Shown: positions 9,286 through 19,627, numbered from the stretch's first letter. The stretch is 64,000 nt of DNA from an uncultured Acidobacteriota bacterium (GCA_963815675.1 CAWFHP010000020.1:143430-207429); one strand, 5' to 3'. Notes: generated by a model from the letters alone, not told the origin. A program made the numbers and translations.

Positions 9286-10158
9286 ATGGCTAGAATCGTC
9301 AAGGGCGGACTCATCCAGTGTCGGAACCCCATCAACGACGAGGGCCGGCCCGTGAAAGAGATCCAGGCGGCGGCGCTCGAAAAGCACCTCCCCTTCATCG
9401 AGCAGGCGGGACGCGAGAAGGTTCAGCTCCTCTGCCTCCAGGAGATCTTCAACGGGCCTTATTTCTGTCCCTCGCAGGACGCTCGCTGGTACGACGCCGC
9501 CGAGCCGGTCCCCGGCCCGACGACGGAAGCGCTCGCGCCATACGCGCGAAAGCACCAGATGGTGATGGTCATACCGGTCTACGAGCGGGAGCAGGCCGGC
9601 GTGTACTACAACAGCGCCGCCATCCTCGACGCCGACGGGAGCTACCTCGGGAAGTATCGCAAGAATCACCTTCCTCACACCGCGGGATTCTGGGAGAAGT
9701 ACTTCTTCAAGCCGGGAAACCTCGGCTATCCGGTCTTCGATACCGCCTACGCGCGCGTCGGGATTTACATTTGCTACGACCGCCACTTCCCCGAGGGAGC
9801 GCGGCTTCTCGGCCTCAAGGGAGCCGAAGTGGTGTTCAATCCTTCGGCGACGGTCGCCGGCCTCTCCCAGTATCTGTGGAAGCTCGAGCAGCCGGCGCAT
9901 GCGGTCGCGAACGGATACTTCATGGGCTGCCTCAACCGGGTGGGCGAGGAGCCGCCGTGGAAGATCGGGAAGTTTTACGGGCATAGCTACTTCGTCGACC
10001 CGCGGGGCCAGTTCCTCGCCGAGGGGAGCGAGGACGGGGACGAGCTCGTCACCGCCGAGATGAACCTCGACGTCATCGAGGAAGTGCGGCGCGTGTGGCA
10101 GTTCTATCGAGACCGAAGGCCCGAGACCTACGGCGACATGACCGCCCTTCTTCCTTGA
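9286..10158 (+). CDS. beta-ureidopropionase-like carbon-nitrogen hydrolase (nitrilase superfamily)
   Basis: 290-aa ORF. IVKGGLIQ...LLCLQEIFNGPYFC...GKYRKNHLPH...IYICYDRHFPE (catalytic Cys)...NPSAT. This pattern fits beta-alanine synthase type enzymes. Confidence 0.75.
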   Translation: MARIVKGGLIQCRNPINDEGRPVKEIQAAALEKHLPFIEQAGREKVQLLCLQEIFNGPYFCPSQDARWYDAAEPVPGPTTEALAPYARKHQMVMVIPVYEREQAGVYYNSAAILDADGSYLGKYRKNHLPHTAGFWEKYFFKPGNLGYPVFDTAYARVGIYICYDRHFPEGARLLGLKGAEVVFNPSATVAGLSQYLWKLEQPAHAVANGYFMGCLNRVGEEPPWKIGKFYGHSYFVDPRGQFLAEGSEDGDELVTAEMNLDVIEEVRRVWQFYRDRRPETYGDMTALLP

Positions 10159-10174
10159 GTCAGGGACGAACGCT

Positions 10175-11506
10175 ATGGGCGCGAAGGCCGTCTGGCCGCT
10201 TCCCGCGGATCGCCTCGAGAAGCGTTTCGCCGACAAGAAACCTGCGTTCGGCGCGAGCGAAGCGCTCGCGGAAGCCAATCGCTGTTTGTACTGCTACCAC
10301 GCGCCTTGCGTCGCCGCCTGCCCAACCGCCATAGACATCCCGTCGTTCATCCGCAAAATCGCTACGGGAAACCTGAAAGGGTCGGCGCGCACGATTCTCA
10401 AGTCGAACCTTCTCGGGGCGAGCTGCGCCGTCGTTTGTCCCGTCGAGGTGCTCTGCGAAGGCGCCTGCGTCGAGAACGATCTCGGCTCTCGCCCGATCGA
10501 GATCGGACGGCTCCAGCGTTACGCCATGGATCGTGCTCGCTCGGCGAGCCTTCTGGAAAAGAAGCCCCCCACGGGGAAGAAGGTCGCCCTCGTGGGGGCC
10601 GGGCCCGCGAGCCTCGCGTGCGGAGGTGCGCTCGCGCTCGCCGGACATACGGCGGTTCTCTTCGAGAAGGAGCTCTTCGCCGGCGGGCTCAATATGACCG
10701 GCGTCGCCCCTTACAAGCTCCGTGCCGAGGGATGCCTTTCCGAAGTCGAGTTCATTCGCGATCTCGGCGTCGAGATCCGCACCGGGGTAACGGTGGGCGC
10801 GGACGGCATCACTCCCGAGGAGCTTCTCGCCGGCTTCGACGCCGTGTTTCTGGGGATCGGGCTCGGAGACGACTCGCTCCGCGGGGTGGAAGGAAGCGAC
10901 AGCGGCCGCGTGCTCGGAGCGCTCGAGTGGATCCGGCAGATGAAGCTCGACTCGCGAGCTCTGCTCGAGGGCGTGTCGGACGCCGTCGTCGTGGGAGGAG
11001 GCAATACCGCCCTCGATGCGGTTCAGGAGCTCGCCGCCCTCGGCGTCCCCACGGTGACGCTCGTGTATCGCCGGGAGGAGCGCCGGATGCCGGGCTATCG
11101 GCACGAATGGGAAGCGGCGAGAAAGCTCGGGGTGAGGCTCGCGGAGGAGGCCATCCCGGGCGCGATCCGCGTCGGCGAAGACGGCTCGGTTTCGAGCGTC
11201 GCGCTCGACCGCGCACGGGACGGGAAGTCGACGGGTGAACGTCTCTACGAGATCCCCTGTGATCTGGTGCTGGTCGCGACGGGGCAGGAACGTCTCCAGG
11301 AGCTCGTGGAGTCGTTCGAAGGCGTGCGCTGCGACGAGAAAGGGAGGGTCATCGCCGATCCGGACCGCCTCGTGACGGGAAACCCGCGGGTCTTCACCGG
11401 TGGCGATGCCTACAACGGCGGCAAAGAAGTGGTGAACGCGGCCGCGGACGGACAGCGCGCTGCCCGCGCCATCGATCGACTCCTGCGAGAAGAAGCCCAT
11501 GCCTGA
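10175..11506 (+). CDS. preT: NAD-dependent dihydropyrimidine dehydrogenase subunit PreT (GltD-like)
   Basis: 443-aa ORF. It has N-terminal Fe-S cysteine motifs (CLYCYHAPCVAACP; CPVEVLCEGAC) and two Rossmann dinucleotide motifs (VALVGAGPASLA; VVVGGGNTALD). It sits directly upstream of, and overlaps, preA. Confidence 0.8.
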   Translation: MGAKAVWPLPADRLEKRFADKKPAFGASEALAEANRCLYCYHAPCVAACPTAIDIPSFIRKIATGNLKGSARTILKSNLLGASCAVVCPVEVLCEGACVENDLGSRPIEIGRLQRYAMDRARSASLLEKKPPTGKKVALVGAGPASLACGGALALAGHTAVLFEKELFAGGLNMTGVAPYKLRAEGCLSEVEFIRDLGVEIRTGVTVGADGITPEELLAGFDAVFLGIGLGDDSLRGVEGSDSGRVLGALEWIRQMKLDSRALLEGVSDAVVVGGGNTALDAVQELAALGVPTVTLVYRREERRMPGYRHEWEAARKLGVRLAEEAIPGAIRVGEDGSVSSVALDRARDGKSTGERLYEIPCDLVLVATGQERLQELVESFEGVRCDEKGRVIADPDRLVTGNPRVFTGGDAYNGGKEVVNAAADGQRAARAIDRLLREEAHA

Positions 11507-12773
11507 CCTCTCGATTGACTTCGCCGGGATCAAGAGTCCCAACCCTTTCTGGCTCGCCTCGGGGCCTCCCACGAACTCCGGTGAGCAGGTCCTTCGCGCC
11601 TTCGACGCCGGCTGGGGCGGCGCCGTGTGGAAGACCCTGGGAAACCCCATCGTAAACGTGTCGAGCCGTCTCGGGGCCGTCGACCTGAACGGCCAGCGGA
11701 TGATGGGGCTCAACAACATCGAGCTCATCACCGATCGCCCCCTCGACCTGAACTTCCGCGAGATCGCCGAGGTGAAGAAGCGCTTCCCCGACCACGCAGT
11801 CATCGTCTCCTTGATGGTGGAGAGCCGCGACGAGTGGCGTACGATGCTGAAGCGCTCGGAGGACAGCGGCGCCGACGGAGTCGAGCTGAACTTCGGCTGC
11901 CCGCATGGAATGTGCGAGCGTGGGATGGGCTCCGCCGTGGGGGAAGAGCCGCGGGTGTTGAAGGAGCTCGTCCAGTGGGTCATGGAGGAAACGGCCCTCC
12001 CGGTCATCGCGAAGCTTTCCCCCAACGTGACCGACGTCCTCGAGCCGGCGATGGCCGCCCGGGAAGGCGGCGCGAACGCCCTATCCCTCATCAACACCAT
12101 CAAGAGCATCGTCGGGGTCGACCTCGATCGTCTCGTCCCCTATCCATCGGTGGGCGACCGGTCGTCCCACGGCGGCTATTGCGGCCCGGCGGTGAGACCG
12201 ATCGCGCTCCACCTGGTCGCGCGGCTCGCGCGGGCCCCCGAGCTCGGCCTTCCGATATCGGGAATCGGCGGCATCTCGAGCTGGCGAGACGCCGCGGAGT
12301 TTCTCGCCCTGGGGGCGAGCTCCGTTCAAGTCTGCACCGCGGTGATGCACTACGGCTATCGCATCGTCGAAGAAATGATCGAAGGTCTGGGCGACTACCT
12401 CGCGAGCAAGGGCATGCGCTCGGTCACGGAGCTCTCGGGAGCGGCGGTTCCCGCGTTCCACGAGTGGGGTGATCTGGACCTGAACTACCACGTCGTCGCC
12501 GCGATCGACGGGGACAAGTGCATCGGCTGCAATCTCTGCCATGTCGCCTGCTGGGACGGCGCTCACCAATGCATCCATCTTCCACGGGAGGGTCACGTTC
12601 CCCTGGTGGATGAGCCCGAATGCGTGGGTTGCAATCTCTGCGAGCTCGTCTGTCCCGTCGAGGAGTGCATCACCATGGTGGAAAGAAGGCGTGCTCCCGA
12701 AGTCGAGACCTGGAACGATCGCGTCGCCTGCGGCCGCGATCGCGTCCCCGGCGGCCTGTCCGATCCGTCCTGA
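11499..12773 (+). CDS. preA: dihydropyrimidine dehydrogenase subunit PreA (DHODH-like TIM barrel + 2x[4Fe-4S])
   Basis: 424-aa ORF. FAGIKSPNPFWLASGPPT...NFGCPHGM...GIGGIS, plus C-terminal ferredoxin motifs CIGCNLCHVAC and CVGCNLCELVCP. Confidence 0.85.
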   Translation: MPDLSIDFAGIKSPNPFWLASGPPTNSGEQVLRAFDAGWGGAVWKTLGNPIVNVSSRLGAVDLNGQRMMGLNNIELITDRPLDLNFREIAEVKKRFPDHAVIVSLMVESRDEWRTMLKRSEDSGADGVELNFGCPHGMCERGMGSAVGEEPRVLKELVQWVMEETALPVIAKLSPNVTDVLEPAMAAREGGANALSLINTIKSIVGVDLDRLVPYPSVGDRSSHGGYCGPAVRPIALHLVARLARAPELGLPISGIGGISSWRDAAEFLALGASSVQVCTAVMHYGYRIVEEMIEGLGDYLASKGMRSVTELSGAAVPAFHEWGDLDLNYHVVAAIDGDKCIGCNLCHVACWDGAHQCIHLPREGHVPLVDEPECVGCNLCELVCPVEECITMVERRRAPEVETWNDRVACGRDRVPGGLSDPS

Positions 12774-12808
12774 CGAAGGGAGTCGTCCTCAGGGGCTCAG
12801 AACGCCGC

Positions 12809-13867
12809 CTATCCTCCGAGATTCGACCGAAAGGTCTCTTCCATTCCCGAATCGGAGCTTGCTTCCGCTCCCACTTCGAACACCCTCTTCCGAAGTAGGG
12901 ACTCGACCAGGCGCAGGATACGAACGTCGGTGAAAGGTGAGATATCGAGAACGTGCTCGATCGTTTCGTGACGAACGATCGCCTGAAAGATCTCGATCTC
13001 CGCGGGGGTATGGCTCGTGAGGGGAAGCGGACAATCGGGGTTGAGAACGAGACGTGCCGCGAGAGGAGGAAGCCGCGCGGCGAGCTTCCCGAGCTCCAGC
13101 GCCTGTGCGGTTCCGTCGCTCAGCAGAGTCTCGACGGGCAGAGCAATGGTGCAGGGCAGATTGTCGGGCTCGGTCAATGCCTCGACGACGTAGGAAGCTT
13201 CCTGCCACCGAAAGATTCGGTAGAGCGCCTTCTCGCCGACGGTGCTCCCGTACTCGACGTGGAAGACGTTGCCTTCGTGAAAATAGATCGCCGCCCGGGC
13301 CCCGGCGTGCTCGAGGACCGCCCTGGCCGAGCCGGGGCGAAGCGCGAGACCCTCGATCAGATCGACGAGGCAGACGTCGTCGTGATCTCCTACCCGAATG
13401 GTCTTGAGCTTGTCGAGTCCGGCCGCGTACGGGCTCAGGACGCGACCACGACGCCCGGGTATCCACGCCTCCAGAGACTTGAGCCCCGAACGGCTGCCGG
13501 CCGCATCGGAGCGCGCCTTCAGCTCCAGCCGAACGACGTGGTTTCCGATCAAGATGCGGTCGCCCGTCGAGAGTCCTCTCTGCTCGACAGGCTGCCCGTT
13601 GAGCTGGGTTCCGTTGGTGCTCCCGAGATCTCTCAATAGCAGAAAGCCATCCTCTTTGATGATCTCGGCGTGGAAGTTCGACACCGTGCGAGACGAAAGC
13701 CGGAGCTCGTTGGACCGGTGGCGCCCGATCCGGATTCGCTCGATCCGGCTCAGGTCGTACGCATGGACCGCTTGTTCGGTCGAGAGCAACAGAAGCTCGT
13801 GAGCATCGGTATCTCTCTCCCGGGAGACGGGCTCGGACTGCACGTGAGACGAAGGAGCAATTCCCAT
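12809..13867 (-). CDS. FHA domain + DUF4388 (PATAN-type) domain protein
   Basis: ORF 12809..14065. FHA core: IRIGRHRSNELRLSSRTVSNFHAEIIKEDGFLLLRDLGSTNGTQLNGQPV. The DUF4388-like part is GARAAIYFHEGNVFHVEYGSTVGEKALYRIFRWQEASYVV. The likely start is the ATG at 13867 (MGIAPSS); the upstream part of the ORF is not protein-like. Confidence 0.7.
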   Translation of the reverse strand: MGIAPSSHVQSEPVSRERDTDAHELLLLSTEQAVHAYDLSRIERIRIGRHRSNELRLSSRTVSNFHAEIIKEDGFLLLRDLGSTNGTQLNGQPVEQRGLSTGDRILIGNHVVRLELKARSDAAGSRSGLKSLEAWIPGRRGRVLSPYAAGLDKLKTIRVGDHDDVCLVDLIEGLALRPGSARAVLEHAGARAAIYFHEGNVFHVEYGSTVGEKALYRIFRWQEASYVVEALTEPDNLPCTIALPVETLLSDGTAQALELGKLAARLPPLAARLVLNPDCPLPLTSHTPAEIEIFQAIVRHETIEHVLDISPFTDVRILRLVESLLRKRVFEVGAEASSDSGMEETFRSNLGG

Positions 13868-14116
13868 GCCAGCGCAAGCCGAGGGTTTTCCCACCCGTCT
13901 TGGAAGCGGATCTCGTGGCAAAAACGTAATGTGCGCGTGCCGCGCTCGCCCGATCTCCAAGGAATTCACAGGGGGCAGTCCCGTCAGCGGGCGGCACGAT
14001 CTTTGAATACCTTTTGGGGACGAGTCCATCGGACTCGTGGGGGTGTGGGGAAAATGCCGGCGCATTCCGGTTTTTTACCGCCACTTCGCACGGATCCGAA
14101 GGGACCGGGGGCTCTG

Positions 14117-15842
14117 ATGACGTCTCGAAACGCGGTCTTGATCGTCGACTCGCAGCGGCAGAAGCGCCAGCGACTCGTCTTTGAGCTGCGCCGCCTGTTC
14201 GGCGAGGAGCTCGAGATCGTGGAAGTCTCGTCTCTCGACGAGGCGGACGCGAGTCTGCTCGCTTCCGCTCGTCCCGATTGCATTCTCATCGAAGACCGCG
14301 CACTCTCTTGCGACCGCGCCGTGCTGGCGAAACTGGCGAAGACCCGCGACGGGTCGTCGGTACCAGTGGTGATGGTCGCCGAGACGGACGAGGACGAAGC
14401 GGTTGCCGCGGCAATCGACACCGGCGCCTACGACGTCCTCGGTCGGGAACGGGTGGGTGGAATGGTGCCCTTCGTCACCGTTCGAAACGCGCTCGAAGCG
14501 TCCCGTATGCGGCGGACACTCCAGCGCGGGCTGGGATACGAGGAGGATCCCGTCACCTCGCTTCCCAGCCGCGGCTCGTTCTGCGAGCGTCTCGCTCATG
14601 CGCTATCCGGGGACCGGGAGCGAAGAGCGACGGGAGTGGTGCTCATCGGCATCGACGGGTTCAAAGCGATCAACAGCAGCTTCGGCTACGAAGTGGGCGA
14701 CCAGCTCCTCCGGATGATTGCCGGCCGACTGCGCCACTGCGTACGCAACGCCGACTCGGTTGCGAGATGGGGAGGCGACGAGTTCGCCGGCCTCCTCGAA
14801 TCGATGTCCCGGCCGGAGGACGCCGCGTTCGTGGCGAAGCGAATTCTCTACGCCCTCGGCCGCCCCTTCGCGTACCGCGGCCAGGACTTCTATCTGAGCG
14901 CGAGCATCGGGATCGCGCTCCATCCTGAAGACGGGGTCGACGTTGCGACGTTGACCCAGCACGCCGACGCGGCGATGTACCGGGTCAAGCGTCTGGGCGG
15001 AAACAACTACCAGGCCTACTCCGACCAGATGAATGTCAACCTCTCCGACCAGATCGCGCTCGCCAACCGCCTCCGAGGAGCGGTGAAGAAGGACGAGTTC
15101 GTTCTGCACTACCAGCCTCAGCTCGACGTCCGCGACGGCCGCGTCATCGGGCTCGAAGCGCTCATTCGGTGGAACGACTCCGTCCAGGGCTTCTGCTCTC
15201 CCGCCGACTTCATCCCCGTCCTCGAAGAGACGGGTCTCATTCTGCCCGTGGGGGAATGGGTGCTTCGCAAGGCTTGCACCCAGGCGCGGGCCTGGCAGTA
15301 CGCCGGGCTCGAGAACCTCCGTATCTCGGTGAATCTCTCGCCGAAGCAGTTCCGGCAGGAGCATCTCTCCCGTCGGGTCGAGACGATCTCTGAAAGAGAC
15401 CGGCCTCGCTCCCGACAAGCTCGTGCTCGAGCTCACGGAGAGCGTTCTCATGGACGATCAGAAACACAGCGGAAGGATCCTCGACGAGCTCAAGGATCTG
15501 GGCTCGTTCATCGCGCTCGACGATTTCGGGATGGGCTATTCATCGCTGGGGGTTTTGAAGGCATTCCCCGTCGACACGTTGAAGATCGATCGGAGCTTCA
15601 TCCGCGACATCGGTGAGGACGACGAGGACCGAGCGATCTGCTCCGCCATCGTGAGCCTCGGCCGTGCGCTGAACCTTCAGGTCATGGCCGAGGGAGTCGA
15701 GACCGAGGCGCAGGTGGGAATTCTACGGGAGCAGGGTTGCCACCTGATCCAGGGATTCCTGTTCGCACGGCCCATGCCTCCCGACGACGTGTGGAACTGG
15801 CTCACCGCGAATAACTCGGCGAGCAGCCGGGAACTGACATAA
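14117..15842 (+). pseudogene. response-regulator receiver + GGDEF + EAL protein (c-di-GMP turnover); frameshifted near 15390
   Basis: Starts MTSRNAVLIVDSQ... (receiver). GGDEF region: RWGGDEFAGLL. EAL region: HYQPQLDV...GLEALIRW. After ...RRVETI the real continuation [21 protein letters not shown]...[10 protein letters not shown]...LKIDRSF...AEGVET is in the frame of ORF 15423..15842. The span is 3n+1 nt. Confidence 0.85.
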
Positions 15843-15892
15843 GATCTCGTTAGTCGCTCCGGTCTCTTTCTCCGTTCTCTTCGGAGACCAAC

Positions 15893-17215
15893 GTGGCTCG
15901 TGCGAACGTGACCGCAAACAAGCTCGTTCAACTCCTCGACAGGATCCAGTCGAGCGCAGAGCGCCCGCTCGGCGCTCTCGACGAGCTCCGTACGCTCTAT
16001 CGGCAGAGCCCGCGAGAGGTCCGCGAGCTGTTCTTCACCGCGCTCCTCGCGGGGATGGAGGTTGCGCGCGAGTCAATCGCGGAGCCGGCTCGCGCGGTTC
16101 TCGACGCACCGGCGGACGACGCGCTCGGTTGGACCTCGAGACTGACCGATCTGCGCCGCGCGCTCGAGTCGCCGCGGATGCGTGCCTTTCGCCGGTTTCT
16201 GAACGCTTCCGGCGGGCTCAAATTTCTTCTGGACTTGAGGGCCGACATCCTCGCCGCCGAGCGGCAGTCGGGACTCGATCTGGGCCCCCTGGACGAGGAG
16301 ATCGCTTATTTGTTCACCTCCTGGTTCCAGTTCGGCTTCCTCTTCCTCCACGAGATTACGCAGGAGTCGTCCTATCGCCAGATTCGTTTTCTCAAGGAGC
16401 ACGACATGGTTCATCCCATGGCGAGCCTGGAAGAGATGGGAAATCGTCTGGGAGAGGACCGGCGCTCCTTCGCCCTCTATCACCGCGCGATGCCCGAAGA
16501 GCCCATCGTGTTCATCGAGGCGGCCCTCACCCGGCGCATCCCGAGCTCGATTCACGAGATCCTGGACCATCCCGGACAGACGATCGAGACCCAACCCGAC
16601 ACCGCCATCTTCTACTCCATCAACAACGCACAGAACGGGCTCGTGGGACTCGGTTTGGGAAAGCTCCTCATCTTCCAGGTGGTCGAGGCCATCCGGAAGG
16701 ATCGCCCGGCGATCCAGACCTTCGCCACGCTCAGCCCGGTCACCGGGTTCTGGCGGCGCTACTTACAGCCGATCCTCGAAGGAAGAGACGAACCCTTCCG
16801 GCTCAAGAAGACCGGGCTGGTAGCGAAGTTCTCCGAGAGCGCGCGCCGGAGAATCCTCGCGCGGCGGGAAACACCCGACGCGGATTTCGTCGCGACTCTC
16901 GTCGACATTCTTTCGCAGCCGAGCTGGATCGAGGACGACGCTCTGCGAAGAGAGCTAGAAAGGCCGTTGACTCAAATCGCGTACTTCTACTTGACCGAGG
17001 AGACGGACCCGCGAGGAAAACCGATCAACCCCGTCGCGTCCTTTCACATCGGGAACGGAGCGCGCCTGAGCGCGAAAAACGTGCACTTCGCCGCCAACCG
17101 CACCGAGCGCGGCCTGAAGGACTCCTGCGGGGTCATGGTGAGCTACGTCTATTCCAGCACCTGGCTCCACGACCTGAGGCGGTCCGCTCGGGCGATGTTG
17201 CCCTGGCAGTCGTAA
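15893..17215 (+). CDS. malonyl-CoA decarboxylase family protein
   Basis: 440-aa ORF with a GTG start preceded by ggaga. WFQFGFLFLHEITQESS...VHPM...FYSINNAQNGLVGLGLGKLLI...LSPV...FHIGNGA fits the MCD family as I recall it. Confidence 0.7.
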   Translation: MARANVTANKLVQLLDRIQSSAERPLGALDELRTLYRQSPREVRELFFTALLAGMEVARESIAEPARAVLDAPADDALGWTSRLTDLRRALESPRMRAFRRFLNASGGLKFLLDLRADILAAERQSGLDLGPLDEEIAYLFTSWFQFGFLFLHEITQESSYRQIRFLKEHDMVHPMASLEEMGNRLGEDRRSFALYHRAMPEEPIVFIEAALTRRIPSSIHEILDHPGQTIETQPDTAIFYSINNAQNGLVGLGLGKLLIFQVVEAIRKDRPAIQTFATLSPVTGFWRRYLQPILEGRDEPFRLKKTGLVAKFSESARRRILARRETPDADFVATLVDILSQPSWIEDDALRRELERPLTQIAYFYLTEETDPRGKPINPVASFHIGNGARLSAKNVHFAANRTERGLKDSCGVMVSYVYSSTWLHDLRRSARAMLPWQS

Positions 17216-17263
17216 CGCGGATTCCGGTTCAACTCCGCCTTGCATCGTTCCCATTCGAGAGAA

Positions 17264-19540
17264 TCAGAACTGGAAGAGCAGCTGGGCCGCGACACTGCGC
17301 CGGGGGGCGTACTGGATCGGCGTGAGCTGGCTCTCCTTCGCGATGGCGTAGATGTTGTTGGTCACGTTGGTGGCGTCGACCTGAAGCTGCAGTTTCTGAT
17401 CCCCCGAGCTCCATAGGTCGACCCTGGCCATCAGATCGAGAGCTCCGTGCTGGGGCAGGTACTCGAAGGCTCCATCTTGCTCGACCGGTGTGCCGCTTCC
17501 ATAGCGGAAAAAGCCGTTGGCTTCGAGCGCACGCCACGAGCTCCGATAGGTACCGCTCGCCACCACCGTGTTGCGCTGGTCGAATGCCGGGACGACCCTC
17601 TCTCCAGGCTCGAGCACCTCGTCGGAGAATCCGCCACTGACCGGACCGACGAACTGTACCTTCGCGAGCGCGTACTGAATTCGGGCGCTGAGCCCGTTTT
17701 CTCGTCGCGGCCGGAGCTCGAGCGCGATCTCGAGCCCGCTCGCGATCGCCTCGGAGAAGTTGGTGGGCACGAAGATCCGGGTGTTGCCGATTTCCGTGTT
17801 CTCGAACGAGTTGTGGCCGTTGTGATGGTAGGCTCCAATATCGAGGAAGAGTCCGCTCCGAATCCGCTGGCTGAGCCCGGCCTCGAATAGATTCTGCCGG
17901 TACGCGTGCGGCGGGCCGACGGGCTCCGTGTCTCCTTCGACCTGGTCTCCCAGATAGTTCGCGAGAAGAACGTACTCGATGGGCGGCGGAGTGAACAATC
18001 GGCTGTAGGACGCTCGAATCACCGTGCCGGAATCGGGGAAGTGATAGGCCATGCCGAGACGCGGGCTCGCCTGGTGCTCCCGGCGCAAGATGTTGAAGTG
18101 GTCGAAACGAAGACCGAGGTCGAGAGTGAGGTTTGAGAAAAGCGAAAGGCGGTCCTGGAGGTACAGCCCCACGACCGATCCTGTATCCTGACCGTCGAAA
18201 GAGATCTGATCGAGCTCTTCCCCCGTGCCTGCCTCACGAGCATCGTACGAGAGGGTTTCGTCGAATCCGAGGTGGGTAAAGTCGATTCCCGCCTTCCATT
18301 GATGGATCCCGGAGGCGCGGTACCAGTCGAGCTTCCCTCCGAGAGTCGAGGTCTTTCGCGAACCATCGGCGAACGAAGTCACCGGGTCGCTCGTCGGCAG
18401 GACGCGGTCGGAAACATGCCGTTGATACAACGCCGCCGAGAACAACGTGCTCTCGGACGGCGCACGCTGCCAGCTGAGAATGCTCGTCACCGACCCGAGA
18501 TCGCGGTGGGCGTTCCGCCCGACGTCCTGTTCGTCCGAGGTGTTGGGAAGATTGAAGTTCGTTTCCCCGCCGGAGACGAGCAGCCGGAAGAAATCCTTTT
18601 CGCGGCGGTAGTCGAGCTGAACGTCTCCCCGGCCGCCCGAGCCGTGGTCGTGGAGCTCGTCGGGCTGGGGCGGATTGAGATACCGGTCGGTCTGGAACCC
18701 TCCCCCGTACACGAAGTACCCGAAGCTTCCCTTGGAGCCGCCGTAATCGACGGAGGCGCTCTGCTGGCCGATGCTGCCCATCCGGAGATTCGCGCTGCCG
18801 CTGCCGTTCATCGAGGCGCCCGAGCGCGTGGTGATATCCAGTACGCCGCCGAAGCGATTGCCGAACTCGGCAGGGAACCCGCCGGTCACCATGTTCACGC
18901 TCTCGAAGATCTCCGGGCTGAGGCCGGGAAAGAAGTTCTGGTGGGGGTTGTCGAGAAACGACACCCCGTTGATGAACTGGTGAAGCGAAAGTTCGTTGCC
19001 ACGAACGTGGACGAAGTTGTCGTGCCCGCCGATGGCGCCCGGCATCGTGTATTGCGCCATCGTGGGGACGTCCCGGGTCACGTGGGACGGCATCGAGTCC
19101 ATGGTGGCACGGGTCACATAGGTCGAGCTTCCCGTGCGCTGCGGGTCGATGACGGGGGCGGCCGCGCTCACCTCCACGCTCTCTTGCACGCTTTCCACCG
19201 GAACGAGGCTCAACGTGATCCGGAGCGCGTCCCGCGGCTTGAGCTCCAGTGGATGGTTCAGCGGATAGTAACCGTCGCGGATCGCGAAGAGTTGGTATAC
19301 GCCGGGGGGGACGGGCGGCAGAGAGAACGATCCGTCCTGCCGCGAGCGTCCGTCGGCGACGAGCGAGCCTTTGCTTCTGACTTCGATGGTGGTCCCGTCG
19401 AGCGGCTTTCCGCTCTTTTGGTCCGCGGTCACTCCGACAATCTTGGCGTCGGTCGACTGCGCGGCGGCCAACCCTCCGAAGGCGAGCAAGAAAACAGGAA
19501 CGATCCCGAGGGATCTCGAAAGCATGGGCATCCTCCTCAC
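17264..19540 (-). CDS. TonB-dependent receptor with N-terminal CarboxypepD_reg-like domain
   Basis: 758-aa ORF with a signal peptide. It has a carboxypeptidase-regulatory-like beta-sandwich (GVTADQKSGKPLDGTTIEV...GSFSLPPVPPGVYQL), plug and barrel segments, and a C-terminal aromatic residue (...AAQLLFQF). Confidence 0.8.
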   Translation of the reverse strand: MRRMPMLSRSLGIVPVFLLAFGGLAAAQSTDAKIVGVTADQKSGKPLDGTTIEVRSKGSLVADGRSRQDGSFSLPPVPPGVYQLFAIRDGYYPLNHPLELKPRDALRITLSLVPVESVQESVEVSAAAPVIDPQRTGSSTYVTRATMDSMPSHVTRDVPTMAQYTMPGAIGGHDNFVHVRGNELSLHQFINGVSFLDNPHQNFFPGLSPEIFESVNMVTGGFPAEFGNRFGGVLDITTRSGASMNGSGSANLRMGSIGQQSASVDYGGSKGSFGYFVYGGGFQTDRYLNPPQPDELHDHGSGGRGDVQLDYRREKDFFRLLVSGGETNFNLPNTSDEQDVGRNAHRDLGSVTSILSWQRAPSESTLFSAALYQRHVSDRVLPTSDPVTSFADGSRKTSTLGGKLDWYRASGIHQWKAGIDFTHLGFDETLSYDAREAGTGEELDQISFDGQDTGSVVGLYLQDRLSLFSNLTLDLGLRFDHFNILRREHQASPRLGMAYHFPDSGTVIRASYSRLFTPPPIEYVLLANYLGDQVEGDTEPVGPPHAYRQNLFEAGLSQRIRSGLFLDIGAYHHNGHNSFENTEIGNTRIFVPTNFSEAIASGLEIALELRPRRENGLSARIQYALAKVQFVGPVSGGFSDEVLEPGERVVPAFDQRNTVVASGTYRSSWRALEANGFFRYGSGTPVEQDGAFEYLPQHGALDLMARVDLWSSGDQKLQLQVDATNVTNNIYAIAKESQLTPIQYAPRRSVAAQLLFQF

Positions 19541-19627
19541 GAAAAGATTTCCTGTCAGGGAAAGCCGTAGCCTCCTGACACAAAGACGACAGAATCTCGT
19601 AAGAAGGGTTAGCGGGGAGGGGGAATC

